A stretch of DNA of 64,000 nt, taken from Planctomycetota bacterium (GTDB taxonomy: Bacteria > Planctomycetota > UBA1135 > UBA2386). Under the pieces are notes generated by a model. It made no database searches and was not told where the DNA came from. It saw only the letters and a list, made by a program, of their open reading frames with translations. Position 1 is the stretch's first letter. Every line of letters begins with the position of its first letter. Location: NCBI GenBank assembly GCA_046290465.1, contig JBKAGP010000001.1, positions 5,216,001 through 5,280,000 of the forward strand. The letters are read 5' to 3'. Positions 52,320-62,089 of the stretch are shown here, piece after piece. Position numbers and translations under genes: made by a program.

Positions 52320-52349
52320 GTGCTATCCGACCGCCTGCCGGCGCGTCAA
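52320..52349 (-). promoter_or_regulatory. Sigma70-type promoter, probably leaderless, for the S9 peptidase
   Basis: TTGACG-N18-TAGCAC-N6-ATG. Confidence 0.55.
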
Positions 52350-52368
52350 GGCATCGCGCCTGCGCGCG

Positions 52369-52455
52369 CTAGGAGCGCGTCCATGTAGTGGACGCGCTGC
52401 CGACCGTGATCGCGGAAGCGGCGTGTACGCGTGCGGACGGGGCTTTGCCCCCTAG
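52369..52455. repeat. Dispersed ~85-bp hairpin repeat, copy 2
   Basis: Bounded by CTAG at both ends; the right CTAG holds the stop of the methyltransferase gene. Confidence 0.9.
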
Positions 52456-53591
52456 GCGTCGTCGTCCGCGGTCGGCGTCGTCATCGCCGTGACGCTGACG
52501 CCGCCGTGCCGGGTCGTGAACGCCGGCTCGAGCGGCATGCCGGTGCGGCGCGCGAGCCGCACGTCGTGCGCGAGGATCGCGGCGCGCCAGCCCTCGCCGA
52601 GGTTGCGCGCACGGTGGCCGAGCGTCTGGTAGAGCGGCAGCAGCGGGTTCTTGCCCTTGACGCGCATGCCGTAGGGCGGGTTGGTCGCGAGCACGCCGCG
52701 CTCCGGTGCGCCGTCCGGCTGCAGCCACGGCTGCGCCGCGAGCGCGTGCACGCCGGCGTCGAGGTAGTCGGCCACGCCCGCACGTTCGGCGTTGGCGCGG
52801 GTCGCGCCGACCGCGCCTTCGTCGCGGTCGCTGCAGGCGATCTGCGGCATGTCGTCGTTGGGCTGGACCTCGTCGAGCAGGCGCTGCCAGACGTCGTGCT
52901 CGAAGCGCGCGCTGTGCTGCATCGCCGGCGCGCGGTGGCGGCCCGGTGGCACGCAGCGCGCGATCGACGCGGCTTCGATCGCGATCGTGCCCGAACCGCA
53001 GAACGGGTCGAGCAGCGCCTCGCCCGGCGCGAAGCCGCTGGCCAGCACCAGCGCGTGCGCGAGGTCCTCGCGCAGCGGCGCCTTGCGGCCGTCGAGGCGG
53101 TAGCCGCGGCGGTGTAGCGGCGTCGAGGTCGCGTCGAGCGAGATCGTGCAGGTGTCGTTGACGAAGCGCACGTGCAGCGGGGCGACCACGTCGTCGCCGC
53201 GGCGTGCCAGCCGCGGCTCCTGCCCGAATGCGCGGCCGATGGCGTTGTAGATGCGCTCCTCGATCGCGCCGGTGTGGTAGACGCGCGAGCGCTTCGAGGT
53301 CGCGGTCAGTTCGAGCGGCACGCGCGGCACCAGCCAGTCGCGCCACGAGAACTCGGCCGCCTTGCGCTCGAGTTCGCCGAGCGCGCGGCAGCGGAAGCGC
53401 GCCAGACGGATGCGGACGTGGCTGGCGGTGCCGAGCCACAGGCAGCTGCGCAGCAGCACCTCGAGGTCGCCGCCGAACGTCGCGCCGCCGGGCACGGTCT
53501 CGGCCTGGATGTCGAGCGCTTCGAGTTCGGCGAGCAGGAAGGGTTCGAGGCCCGGCTGGCAGGCGGCGAACAGGGGCAGGTCTTGGGTCAC
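52452..53591 (-). CDS. THUMP-domain class I SAM-dependent RNA methyltransferase (RlmL-like)
   Basis: PGLE, LHRRGYR, APLREDLA, DPFCGSGT, TNPPYG; GTG start overlaps upstream stop. Confidence 0.9.
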   Translation of the reverse strand: MTQDLPLFAACQPGLEPFLLAELEALDIQAETVPGGATFGGDLEVLLRSCLWLGTASHVRIRLARFRCRALGELERKAAEFSWRDWLVPRVPLELTATSKRSRVYHTGAIEERIYNAIGRAFGQEPRLARRGDDVVAPLHVRFVNDTCTISLDATSTPLHRRGYRLDGRKAPLREDLAHALVLASGFAPGEALLDPFCGSGTIAIEAASIARCVPPGRHRAPAMQHSARFEHDVWQRLLDEVQPNDDMPQIACSDRDEGAVGATRANAERAGVADYLDAGVHALAAQPWLQPDGAPERGVLATNPPYGMRVKGKNPLLPLYQTLGHRARNLGEGWRAAILAHDVRLARRTGMPLEPAFTTRHGGVSVTAMTTPTADDDA

Positions 53592-54985
53592 TTCGGGCGC
53601 AGCTCGGCGATCACGTTCATCAGTTCTTCGACGCTGGCGAGCTTGTGGCGCAGCTTGCCGCGCTGCTCGCCCTGCTGGCGCTCCCATTCGTCGAGACGCT
53701 GCCAGTCCTGCCACGTTACCGCGTCGATCGAACGTTCCGAGAGCAGCTTCTGGATGTCTTGTGCGTTTGGCTGCTGCAGCAGCCCGTTGCCGTGGTCGGC
53801 GAGCATGCCCGCGACCGTGCCCTTGGCGTCGAGGCTGTTGGTGCCGATCAGGCCGGTCGGGCCGCGCTTGCACCAGCCGGCGCAGTAGTGGCCGACGCGC
53901 ACCTCGCCGCCGAGCCGCTCGACGACCCGGCCGTCGACGTTCGGCACGATGCCCTTGCGCTCCTCGAACGGCACCCCGGGCACCGGCTCGCCGCGGTAGC
54001 CGATCGCCTTGAACAGCAGGTCGACGTCGAGGCGCTCGTCGGTGCCGGTCGGCTTCGGCCGCGGCGTGCCGGAGTCGTCGGCCTGCAGCTGCATGTGGCC
54101 GATGGTGACGCCGGTGAGCTTGCCGCCGTCGCCGTGCAGCGCGGTCGGCGCGACCAGGAAGCGGCAGCGCAGCTTCTTGCTGCCCGGGTCGCCTTCGCCG
54201 GCGGTGGCGCGCAGCTTGACGAAGTCGACGTTGCGCTGCTGGCTGCGCGCGCCGTGTTCGAGCAGCCACTGCTGGCTGAGTTCGTCGAGCTCGGCGTCGG
54301 CCGGGATCACGACCACGTCGACGCCGGCGATCTCGTGGATCTCGGCGATCTCCTTCGGCGAGAACGCGGCCTGCGCGGGGCCGCGACGGCCGAGCAGGAT
54401 CACCTCTTCGACCTTGCTCTGGCGCAGGGTCTCGAGCGCGTGGTCGGCGATGTCGGTCCTGGCGAGCACGTCCGGATCGGCGAGCAGCACGCGCGCGACG
54501 TCCATCGCGACGTTGCCGTTGCCGACCAGCGCGACGCGCCGCGCGTTCTGCAGGTCGAAGCGGTGGTGGCGGTGGTCCGGGTGGCCGTTGTACCAGCCGA
54601 CGAAGTCGGTCGCCGCGTAGACGCCGCCGAGGTCCTCGCCGTCGAGGCCGAGCTTGTTGTCGCTCTCGCAGCCGAACGCGTAGACGACGTGGTGGTAGTG
54701 CGCGTTGAGGTCGTCGACCGACACATCGCGGCCGAGCTGCACGTTGCCGAAGAAGCGGAAGCCGTCGTTGGCCGCGATCTTGTCGTAGACCCTGGTCACG
54801 CCCTTGATCTTCTGGTGGTCGGGGGCGACGCCGCCGCGCACGAGACCGAACGGGACCGGCAGGCGGTCGAACAGGTCGACCTGCACGTCGTCGAGGTCCG
54901 ACTTGAACAACGCTTCGGCGGTGTAGAACGCGGCTGGGCCAGAACCCACGATCGCGACCCGATAGCCCGTGCTCGCTTCGGTCAT
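53588..54985 (-). CDS. Ferredoxin-NADP+ reductase (FprA/adrenodoxin-reductase type)
   Basis: GSGPAA, PFGLVRGGVAPDH, FVGWYNGHP, GNGNVAMDVAR, GWCKRGPTG. Confidence 0.93.
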   Translation of the reverse strand: MTEASTGYRVAIVGSGPAAFYTAEALFKSDLDDVQVDLFDRLPVPFGLVRGGVAPDHQKIKGVTRVYDKIAANDGFRFFGNVQLGRDVSVDDLNAHYHHVVYAFGCESDNKLGLDGEDLGGVYAATDFVGWYNGHPDHRHHRFDLQNARRVALVGNGNVAMDVARVLLADPDVLARTDIADHALETLRQSKVEEVILLGRRGPAQAAFSPKEIAEIHEIAGVDVVVIPADAELDELSQQWLLEHGARSQQRNVDFVKLRATAGEGDPGSKKLRCRFLVAPTALHGDGGKLTGVTIGHMQLQADDSGTPRPKPTGTDERLDVDLLFKAIGYRGEPVPGVPFEERKGIVPNVDGRVVERLGGEVRVGHYCAGWCKRGPTGLIGTNSLDAKGTVAGMLADHGNGLLQQPNAQDIQKLLSERSIDAVTWQDWQRLDEWERQQGEQRGKLRHKLASVEELMNVIAELRPK

Positions 54986-55053
54986 GGCGGCAGAGCATAG
55001 CAGGTCGATCGGCGATCCCTTTGTCCGCGCGACGGGTTACGTTGCCGGGACCG

Positions 55054-55716
55054 ATGACGGCCGCGCCGGATCCCCGCACCATCCGCTTCGCGCTCGACGA
55101 CCTCGCCGAGCAGGCGGAGGCGTTCTGGCAGCGCTGCCCGGACGCGCGCGCCGGCGACGAGCGCGTCGGCTTCGCGTCTCTCGACGGGCTGGCGAGGCTG
55201 TGGCTGCCGCTGGCGGCCCCGCGGCCACAGCAGGCGGAGCGCATCGGGGACTACGTCGAGCGACTCGAGCCGCGCGACGAGGTGCAGGTGGTGCTGCTGC
55301 TGCGCGCCGGCGCGATGGCGTTCGGCTGCTGGCACGGCGACGAGCTGGTGCAGCACAAGGCGGTGCGCAAGTACGTCGTGCGCGGCAACGGCAAGTCGCA
55401 GGCGACGCACCTGAAGACGCGCGGCAAGTCGCGCTACGGCTCGCGGCTGCGGCTGCAGAACTGGAAGAGCCTGCTCGGCGAGACCAGCGAACGGCTGGCC
55501 GACTGCGAGGTGCAGTTCGGGCCGTTCGAGCGGATCTTCTTCGGTGTGCCGGTGCGGGTCTGGAGCGACGTGTTCGAGGCCGATCCACCGCCGCCGTTCG
55601 CGCGCGACGACGCGCGCCTGCAGCGGCTGCCGATCCACGTGCACCGGCCCGATCACGAGGAGCTGCTGCGGGTGCGGCAGGTGATGCAGTTCGGGCGGAT
55701 CGAGCTGCCGGCCTGA
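55054..55716 (+). CDS. VLRF1 (Vms1/ANKZF1-like) release-factor family protein, bVLRF1-like
   Basis: LLRAG...G....HK...YVVR..GKSQ..HLKTRGKSRYGSRLR. Confidence 0.75.
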   Translation: MTAAPDPRTIRFALDDLAEQAEAFWQRCPDARAGDERVGFASLDGLARLWLPLAAPRPQQAERIGDYVERLEPRDEVQVVLLLRAGAMAFGCWHGDELVQHKAVRKYVVRGNGKSQATHLKTRGKSRYGSRLRLQNWKSLLGETSERLADCEVQFGPFERIFFGVPVRVWSDVFEADPPPPFARDDARLQRLPIHVHRPDHEELLRVRQVMQFGRIELPA

Positions 55717-55835
55717 ACGGTCGCTGCCATCGCGTCGATCGCACCGGGCTCGTCCGTGCGGGCGCGGCGGTTCGATGTCGCGGCATCGGAGTGCGCCCAG
55801 CTCAGGAGGAGAGCTCCGGAGGAGAGGGTTTCGAC

Positions 55836-57626
55836 ATGAACGACAGCATCCAAGTCCGCAGCGCGCTGGTCCTGATCGGCGCCATCTTCGCCTCGTCGTG
55901 CAGCAACGGCGGGGCCGTCAGCAACGCCTCGCCGCGGGTCTCCGAGGTCCCGACGCAGAACACCACCGGTGGCACCGCGTTCGCGCTCGACCTGTCGACC
56001 TACGTCAGCGACCGCGAGGGCGCGACGCTCGCCTACTCGGTGGTGTCGGGCGGCGGTTCGTTCGCGGGCAGCACCTACACCAACACGTTCGACACCATGG
56101 GGGTGTACGAGGTCACGTTCGCGGTCAGCGACGGTTCGAAGACCGAGAACGCGACGTTCTCGGTCGAGGTGACGTCGGCGGAGCTGGCGTTCGTCCTCGA
56201 AGACGACGCGAGCGCGCAGCTGCTCGACACGCAGACCAACACGTTCGTGCGGATCGCCAGCAACGGGCCGACGCCGTACTTCCTGAAGCAGATCGGCACC
56301 CGCTACGTGCTCTACGAGCTCGGCCTCGGAGGGCCCCTGTGGACCTACGACACCTACGGTCGCAACAACGTCGAACTCGCCGCCGACATCGACGGCGGTG
56401 CCACCTACCGCGGCGTGACGGCGGACGGCAAGCTGATCTACTCGACCGGCAGCGCGCCGGAGATCTCGGTCTGGTACTACAACCCGACGACCGGCGTCGC
56501 GCGCCTGATCGGCGAGGCGGTCGCGGCGCCGAACGTACTGGTCAACAGCGCGGGCTACGTGTTCTTCGAAGCGGGCGCCAACGGCCAGTCGGACATCTCG
56601 TTCTACGAGCCCGAGGACGACGAGACGGTCGTCGTCAGCGCCGACGCCAACGACGAGCAGCTGCTGGCGACCACGGCCGACGGCGGCGTCGTGTTCAGCC
56701 GGGTTGGCGGCAGCGGCGAACGCGACCTGTTCTACTACCGGGCCGGCTACGGCCTGGTCGAGATCGGCGCCAACTTCACTGGCCTCGCCGACCGCAACAA
56801 GACGTTCGCGATCGCGGACAGCAACAGCAAGGTCGTGTTCACCGCGCTCAACGGCGGCAACGAGGAGCTGTTCATCTGGAACCCGAGCAACGGCCAGACG
56901 ACCGCGATCGCGACCGGCATCAACACCGAGGTCCACGACGAGCTCGGCACCGGCAACGAACTGGTCTACATCGACGTCGTCAGCGCCAGCGAGAAGGACG
57001 CCTACTTCTACGACCTCGACGACGGCACGACCGCGACGCTGCGCAACAGCACCGACCGCAGCAACGTCGGCAGCATCCTCAGCGACGGCACGACCAGCTG
57101 GGCCGTCATCTATCCGTCGGGCTCGAGCCCGCCGGTGTCGGCGGTGTCGCTGGTGGGCACGCCGTCGGTGCAGGACTGGGCCGCTGGCGGCAGCGTCTGG
57201 CTCGGTTCCGAGCTCGCCAACGACGACCTGGTCGCCGAACGCGCGGACCGCACCGCGATCAACGTGTTCGACGTGTCGGCGGGCACCTGGGGCACGCCGA
57301 TCGCCGGCACCGACCTGAACACGCGCGGCAACGGCCTCGACGCCGGTGACTTCGTCTACACCGTCGACGTCGGTGGCCAGGACGACCTGATGATGTGGGA
57401 CGCGTCGGCGAGCAACTCGGTGACGATCAGCAGCGACGCGGCCGACGACGTGTTCGAGAACAAGGCGGTCGGTGCGGCGATCCTGTTCACCCGCGCCATC
57501 GGCTCCGCCACGACCGCCGACCTGTTCGTCTGGGACGGGACGACGGTGACCCAGCTGACCGGCACGGCCGGCGTCAGCTCGGGCGTCGACCACGACGTGA
57601 CGCGGACGTTCGCGGTCTCGCGCTAG
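55836..57626 (+). CDS. Surface lipoprotein with Ig/cadherin-like domain and beta-propeller-like repeats (paralogue 1)
   Basis: Lipobox ASSC; DREGATL.Y domain; Ser/Thr/Gly/Asp-rich beta repeats; strong SD. Confidence 0.8.
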   Translation: MNDSIQVRSALVLIGAIFASSCSNGGAVSNASPRVSEVPTQNTTGGTAFALDLSTYVSDREGATLAYSVVSGGGSFAGSTYTNTFDTMGVYEVTFAVSDGSKTENATFSVEVTSAELAFVLEDDASAQLLDTQTNTFVRIASNGPTPYFLKQIGTRYVLYELGLGGPLWTYDTYGRNNVELAADIDGGATYRGVTADGKLIYSTGSAPEISVWYYNPTTGVARLIGEAVAAPNVLVNSAGYVFFEAGANGQSDISFYEPEDDETVVVSADANDEQLLATTADGGVVFSRVGGSGERDLFYYRAGYGLVEIGANFTGLADRNKTFAIADSNSKVVFTALNGGNEELFIWNPSNGQTTAIATGINTEVHDELGTGNELVYIDVVSASEKDAYFYDLDDGTTATLRNSTDRSNVGSILSDGTTSWAVIYPSGSSPPVSAVSLVGTPSVQDWAAGGSVWLGSELANDDLVAERADRTAINVFDVSAGTWGTPIAGTDLNTRGNGLDAGDFVYTVDVGGQDDLMMWDASASNSVTISSDAADDVFENKAVGAAILFTRAIGSATTADLFVWDGTTVTQLTGTAGVSSGVDHDVTRTFAVSR

Positions 57627-57709
57627 GAGCGCGTCCATGTAGGGGACGCGCTGCCAACCGTGATCGCGGAAGCGGCGTGTACGCGTGCGGACGGGGCTTT
57701 GCCCGCTAG
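57623..57709. repeat. Dispersed ~85-bp hairpin repeat, copy 3
   Basis: Flanked by direct repeat CGCTAGG (57621-57627, 57704-57710); left TAG is the upstream stop codon. Confidence 0.9.
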
Positions 57710-57784
57710 GCGCGGGCCGTCGCGACGCCGCGGCAACCTGAGGGCTTCCCCTCGGCTCTGCCATGGCGACTGCGATCGCGCCGA

Positions 57785-57799
57785 TGGCATCGACGCTGC
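57785..57799 (+). promoter_or_regulatory. Possible sigma54 promoter
   Basis: TGGCATCGACGCTGC = GG-N10-GC, about 90 bp before ATG 57891. Confidence 0.35.
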
Positions 57800-57890
57800 G
57801 CCGACGGACTCATCCCGTCCGGTGGGACCGGTCGATTCGAGCGATGAGCCCCGCGCAGTCGCACGGCAGCACGAAGAGACACCAACGCTC

Positions 57891-59708
57891 ATGACGCACC
57901 GCAACCTCAACACCTTCTCGCTCCTGATCCCGAGCTGCCTGCTCGTCGCCGCGTGCAGCAGCGGCGGCGCGGTCAGCAACGCCGCTCCTCGCATCAGCGA
58001 GGTCCCGGCGCAGTCGACCACGGGCGGCACGGCCTTCAACCTCGACCTGTCGGCCTACGTCACGGATCGCGAAGGCGCGACGCTGACCTACGCGGTCACG
58101 TCGGGCGGCGGCTCGGTCGCCGGCAGCACCTACACCCACACGTTCGACACGATGGGCACGTTCGACGTGACCTGGTCGGTCAGCGACGGCTCGAAGACCG
58201 AGACCTCGACGTTCTCCGTCACGGTCAAGTCGGCCAACTTCGCCGCGGTGCGCGAGGACAGCCAGGGCCTGCTGCTGCTCGACACGATGACCAGCAACTT
58301 CCTGCGCGTCGCCGGCTCGACGTCGACGCCGAGCCTCGCGACCGGCCTCGGCGACGGCCGGCTGGTCTACCAGATCGCCAACGGCGCCGGCCAGCAGCTG
58401 TGGGTGTTCGATCCACTGGCGCGCACCAACACGCGCGTCGCGGACGGTGAGAGCGGCGACGCGACCTATCGCGCCAAGACCAGCGACGACAAGATCGTCT
58501 ACACGACCGGCACCGGCAACGACCTGACGCTGTGGTTCTACAACCCGGTGACCGGCGTCTCGCGCGACCTGGCGCAGGGCGTGCTGAGCACGATCACGGT
58601 GCTGGTCAACAGCGACGACATCGTCTTCTACGAGGTCGGCGTCAACGGCCAGGCCGACATCTACGCCTACGACCCGTCGGAGGACGAGGTGTTCTCGGTC
58701 GGCACGGCGACGACCGATGAGCAGCTGCAGGACGTGCTCGGCAACGGCGCGGTGGTGTTCTCGCGCATCGGCACGACCGGCGAGCGCGACCTGTTCTACT
58801 ACAAGATCGGCAGCGGCCTGGTCGAGATCGCCGGCACGTTTGGCAACGTGCCGGACGACGACAAGACCTACAACGGCAAGGCGTCGGGCAACCAGGTCGC
58901 GTTCACCGGGGATTCGGGCAGCGCGGTCGAGATCTACGTCTGGGATCCGTCCAACGGCCAGACCTACAACGTCTCGACCATCAACGGTGCCGGCGCCAAC
59001 AACACGTTCGTCGGCATCGCGTCCGGCGACGAGATGGTCTACGTGCGCTACAACGGTGGTTCCGACTACGACGCCTACCTCTACGACATCGACTCGTTGA
59101 CCACGGCGACGCTGCGCAACAGCACCGACAACAGCAACGTGCTGGCGATCGCCCGCAGCGACACCGGCACCGGCTGGGCGTTCCTCCGTCCCGGTGGCGC
59201 GACCTCGGACCTGATCGCGGTGTCGCTGATCGGCACGCCGACGATGCAGACCTGGAGTGCGGGCGGCACGGTGTCGACGACGGTGCAGGTGCTCGGCAAC
59301 GGCGATGTCGTCGCGCTGCGCGACGACGGCACCGCGCTCAACGTGTTCGACACGTCGGCCGGCACCTGGGGCACGCCGATCGCCGGCACTGCCCTGACGT
59401 TCGGTGGTGCAGGCCTCGAGGCCGGCGACTTCGTCTACGGCGCGACGGTGTCGACGCAGACCGACCTGCTGATGTGGGACGCCTCGGCGACCACGTCGGT
59501 GAACGTCAGCAACGCGACCGGCAACGACACCTACCAGGCGCTCACCCTGGACGGCACGATCCTGTTCACGCGGGTCACCGCGCCGAACACCAACCAAGAA
59601 CTCTGGGTCTGGGACGGCACCACGGCGACGCAGCTGACCGACGAGGACAGCGCCAGCCTCCGCCACGACCACACGGTGCTCGGTACCTACGCCGGTTCGC
59701 GGAACTAG
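57891..59708 (+). CDS. Surface lipoprotein (paralogue 2 of 55836-57626)
   Basis: Lipobox VAAC; colinear similarity along the whole length with paralogue 1. Confidence 0.85.
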   Translation: MTHRNLNTFSLLIPSCLLVAACSSGGAVSNAAPRISEVPAQSTTGGTAFNLDLSAYVTDREGATLTYAVTSGGGSVAGSTYTHTFDTMGTFDVTWSVSDGSKTETSTFSVTVKSANFAAVREDSQGLLLLDTMTSNFLRVAGSTSTPSLATGLGDGRLVYQIANGAGQQLWVFDPLARTNTRVADGESGDATYRAKTSDDKIVYTTGTGNDLTLWFYNPVTGVSRDLAQGVLSTITVLVNSDDIVFYEVGVNGQADIYAYDPSEDEVFSVGTATTDEQLQDVLGNGAVVFSRIGTTGERDLFYYKIGSGLVEIAGTFGNVPDDDKTYNGKASGNQVAFTGDSGSAVEIYVWDPSNGQTYNVSTINGAGANNTFVGIASGDEMVYVRYNGGSDYDAYLYDIDSLTTATLRNSTDNSNVLAIARSDTGTGWAFLRPGGATSDLIAVSLIGTPTMQTWSAGGTVSTTVQVLGNGDVVALRDDGTALNVFDTSAGTWGTPIAGTALTFGGAGLEAGDFVYGATVSTQTDLLMWDASATTSVNVSNATGNDTYQALTLDGTILFTRVTAPNTNQELWVWDGTTATQLTDEDSASLRHDHTVLGTYAGSRN

Positions 59709-59732
59709 CGTTCGCGACGGAGCGACACGCGC

Positions 59733-59771
59733 ACGCGGGCACGTCTCCGGCATCCGGGGGCGTGCCCGCGT
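59733..59771 (+). terminator. Strong GC hairpin after the lipoprotein pair
   Basis: ACGCGGGCACG...CGTGCCCGCGT 11-bp perfect stem plus G-U extension; weak U tract. Confidence 0.5.
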
Positions 59772-59862
59772 TCGCAGGTGTTCGTGCGGTCGATCGCGAA
59801 CGAGAGCCGCCGCGCCGTTACGTCGCGGCGTGATTGCATGGCTGCTGGCGCCGCCGGGGTGC

Positions 59863-59890
59863 TTGTCGGCAGGTCTTTGGTGCCTAAGAT
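59863..59890 (+). promoter_or_regulatory. Sigma70-type promoter
   Basis: TTGTCG-N16-TAAGAT upstream of 59933. Confidence 0.4.
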
Positions 59891-59932
59891 CCGCCGCAAT
59901 GAAGGGCCGGGATCTCCGCGCCCCGCAACACC

Positions 59933-61165
59933 ATGACCAAGCTTGCCTCCCGTTTCGTTCCTCTCGCCATCGGCCTCGCCGCCACCGCGGGTCTCCGCGC
60001 CCAGTACGCCGAGCCCTTCGACAGCCAGGCCTCGGCCGACGTGACCATCGTCGCGCAGCCTGACAACGTCGTCAGCTTCATCGACTACTCGAGCTTCACC
60101 GTCGGCAGCTCGCTGTTCTCGATCCCGGAAGCGCCGCGGCCGATCGCCGGCGGTGCGCCGACCAGCGGGGTGCTGATCCAGAGCAACCTGGCGCAGGGCT
60201 TCGCGACCGGCGTCAACATCCTCGCCGGCCAGACGCCGATCCAGTTCATGGGTCGCTACCGCCTGTCGTTCGACGCGTGGATCAACGTGCCGGTGCCGGT
60301 CCCGACTGGCGGCACCGAGCAGCTCCTGTGGGGCGTCGGCGTCGACAACATCCTGCCGATCGAGGCGCGCAACAACCGCGGCGCCGGCACCGCCGGCATC
60401 TACGGCTGGCTGGCCGGTGAGAACGGCTACGGCACCGAGGACGCCGCGATCAACAACGGCGACCTCGAGCTCGCCGACCTCGGCGACCTGCAGCCGGGTG
60501 AGGACGTGCCGTTCAACGAGGCGTTCGACAGCAACGCGGTCGGCGGCCCGAACGGCTGCGCCGCCAACACCTGGGTCCGCGTCGACATCGACGTCGACGC
60601 CAACGGCACGCGCGTCTACTTCAACGGCGTCGAGTTCTTCAACGTCGTCGACGTGCCGGTGCCGGGCTTCGCGATGATCGGCTACGAGGATCCGTTCAGC
60701 TCGATCAGCGGTTCGCCGGACGGCCAGTGGGGCATCCTCGACAACTTCCGCGTCTCGATGCCGACCGGCTGTGGCACGCTCGGCACCGCGGTGCAGACCG
60801 GCAGCGGCACCGGCGAGATCCTGAACGGTGGTGCGCCGCCGGCCGTCGGTTCGCCGCTGACCGCGCGCCTGCGTGGTGGCCCGGCCTCGTCGATCGCGTT
60901 CCTGGCCGCCGGCCAGCCGTCGCCGGTCAGCCTGCCGGTCCCGCTGAGCCCGAGCTGCACGATCACCGCCGAGCTGGTCACGCTCGACGCGATCCTCGCC
61001 GTGCCGACCACGGCCGACGGTGGCGCGCAGTTCACGCTCGACCTGCCGGCCAACCCGGCGTTCTGCGGCCAGAGCTTCGGCTGGCAGTACCTGTGGCTCG
61101 ATCCGGCCACGCCGGCCTGCCCGTTCGTGCTGACCGGCGGCCTCAACACGACGATCGGCTCGTAG
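59933..61165 (+). CDS. Secreted hypothetical protein (beta-sandwich core plus C-terminal beta domain)
   Basis: Signal ending LRA-Q; strongly biased codon usage; C-terminal LP.NPAF.G...QYLWLDP. Confidence 0.75.
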   Translation: MTKLASRFVPLAIGLAATAGLRAQYAEPFDSQASADVTIVAQPDNVVSFIDYSSFTVGSSLFSIPEAPRPIAGGAPTSGVLIQSNLAQGFATGVNILAGQTPIQFMGRYRLSFDAWINVPVPVPTGGTEQLLWGVGVDNILPIEARNNRGAGTAGIYGWLAGENGYGTEDAAINNGDLELADLGDLQPGEDVPFNEAFDSNAVGGPNGCAANTWVRVDIDVDANGTRVYFNGVEFFNVVDVPVPGFAMIGYEDPFSSISGSPDGQWGILDNFRVSMPTGCGTLGTAVQTGSGTGEILNGGAPPAVGSPLTARLRGGPASSIAFLAAGQPSPVSLPVPLSPSCTITAELVTLDAILAVPTTADGGAQFTLDLPANPAFCGQSFGWQYLWLDPATPACPFVLTGGLNTTIGS

Positions 61166-61188
61166 GCCGATCGTCCGCGGCGGGCCGG

Positions 61189-61992
61189 CTACTTGCCGGC
61201 CTTCGCCTTCGGCCGGTTCACGTCGATCGGCCGCACCCAGATGTTGCGGAAGCGCATCGGGTTGCCGTGGTCCTGCAGCTTGATGTGGCCCTTGGGGCCA
61301 TGCGCGCGGTACTTCGGCAGCGACTTGTGCGCCGTCGCGCCGAGCAGTTCCTCGTCGAGCTGCACCACGATGCCGTTGTGGATCACGGTCAGGCGCGCCG
61401 GCGACTGCAGCTTGCCGTCGTCGGTGAAGCGCGGCGCGACGAACACGATGTCGTAGACGTTCCACTGGCCCGGCGGGCGGGTCGCGTTGACGTACGGCGG
61501 CTTCTGGCCGTAGAGCGCGGCCGCCTGGCCGTCGGCGTACGTCGGGTTCTCGAAGCTGTCCAGCACCTGCACCTCGTAGCGGCCGAAGAAGAACACGCCG
61601 CTGTTGCCGCGGCCCTGTGAGTGGCCCTTCGGCGGCGGCGCCATCCACTCGATGTGCAGCTGGCAGTCGCCGAACTGCTGCTTCGTCTGGATGTCCCCGG
61701 TGCGGGTGACCTCCATCGCGCCGCCGTCGACGAGCTGCCATTTCGCCTCGCCCTTGCGGCCCTGCCAGGCGTCGAGGCTGCTGCCGTCGAACAGCACGAT
61801 CGCGTCCTTCGGTGCCGGCAGCGGATGCTTGGGCGCCGGCCCCGGATCGACCCAGCGGGGTCGCGGCCGGAACGCGTCGTGAACGCGGAAGCCGTCGGGC
61901 AGCACCGGGGTGTCGGTGTAGCCGGGGTTCTTCTCCTGGGCGCTGACCAGCGGGAGCAGCAGCGCGAACGGGACGACGAGGGCGGATCTCAT
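61189..61992 (-). CDS. DUF1080 (3-keto-disaccharide hydrolase-like) secreted protein
   Basis: LFDG, FGDCQLHIEW, GNSGV, YEVQVLDS, GQWN.YDI, LQDHG..RFRNIW. Confidence 0.92.
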   Translation of the reverse strand: MRSALVVPFALLLPLVSAQEKNPGYTDTPVLPDGFRVHDAFRPRPRWVDPGPAPKHPLPAPKDAIVLFDGSSLDAWQGRKGEAKWQLVDGGAMEVTRTGDIQTKQQFGDCQLHIEWMAPPPKGHSQGRGNSGVFFFGRYEVQVLDSFENPTYADGQAAALYGQKPPYVNATRPPGQWNVYDIVFVAPRFTDDGKLQSPARLTVIHNGIVVQLDEELLGATAHKSLPKYRAHGPKGHIKLQDHGNPMRFRNIWVRPIDVNRPKAKAGK

Positions 61993-62089
61993 GGACGCAC
62001 AGGATCGCGCCTCGCGGCCAAAGGGACCAGTTGGGAGACGAACACGTCACGTGCGGAGTTCGGTCTGCCGCCGTTCAGGGGGTCGCGGG

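Noticed and set aside
42935..55244. ORFs 42935-45652 and 52452-55244 as multidomain fusions
   Set aside because: N-terminal parts are off-frame overlaps of trkH and the reductase gene; true starts are 44470 and 53591
55781..55794. Sigma54 promoter before lipoprotein paralogue 1
   Set aside because: GG-N9-GC spacing; sigma54 requires N10
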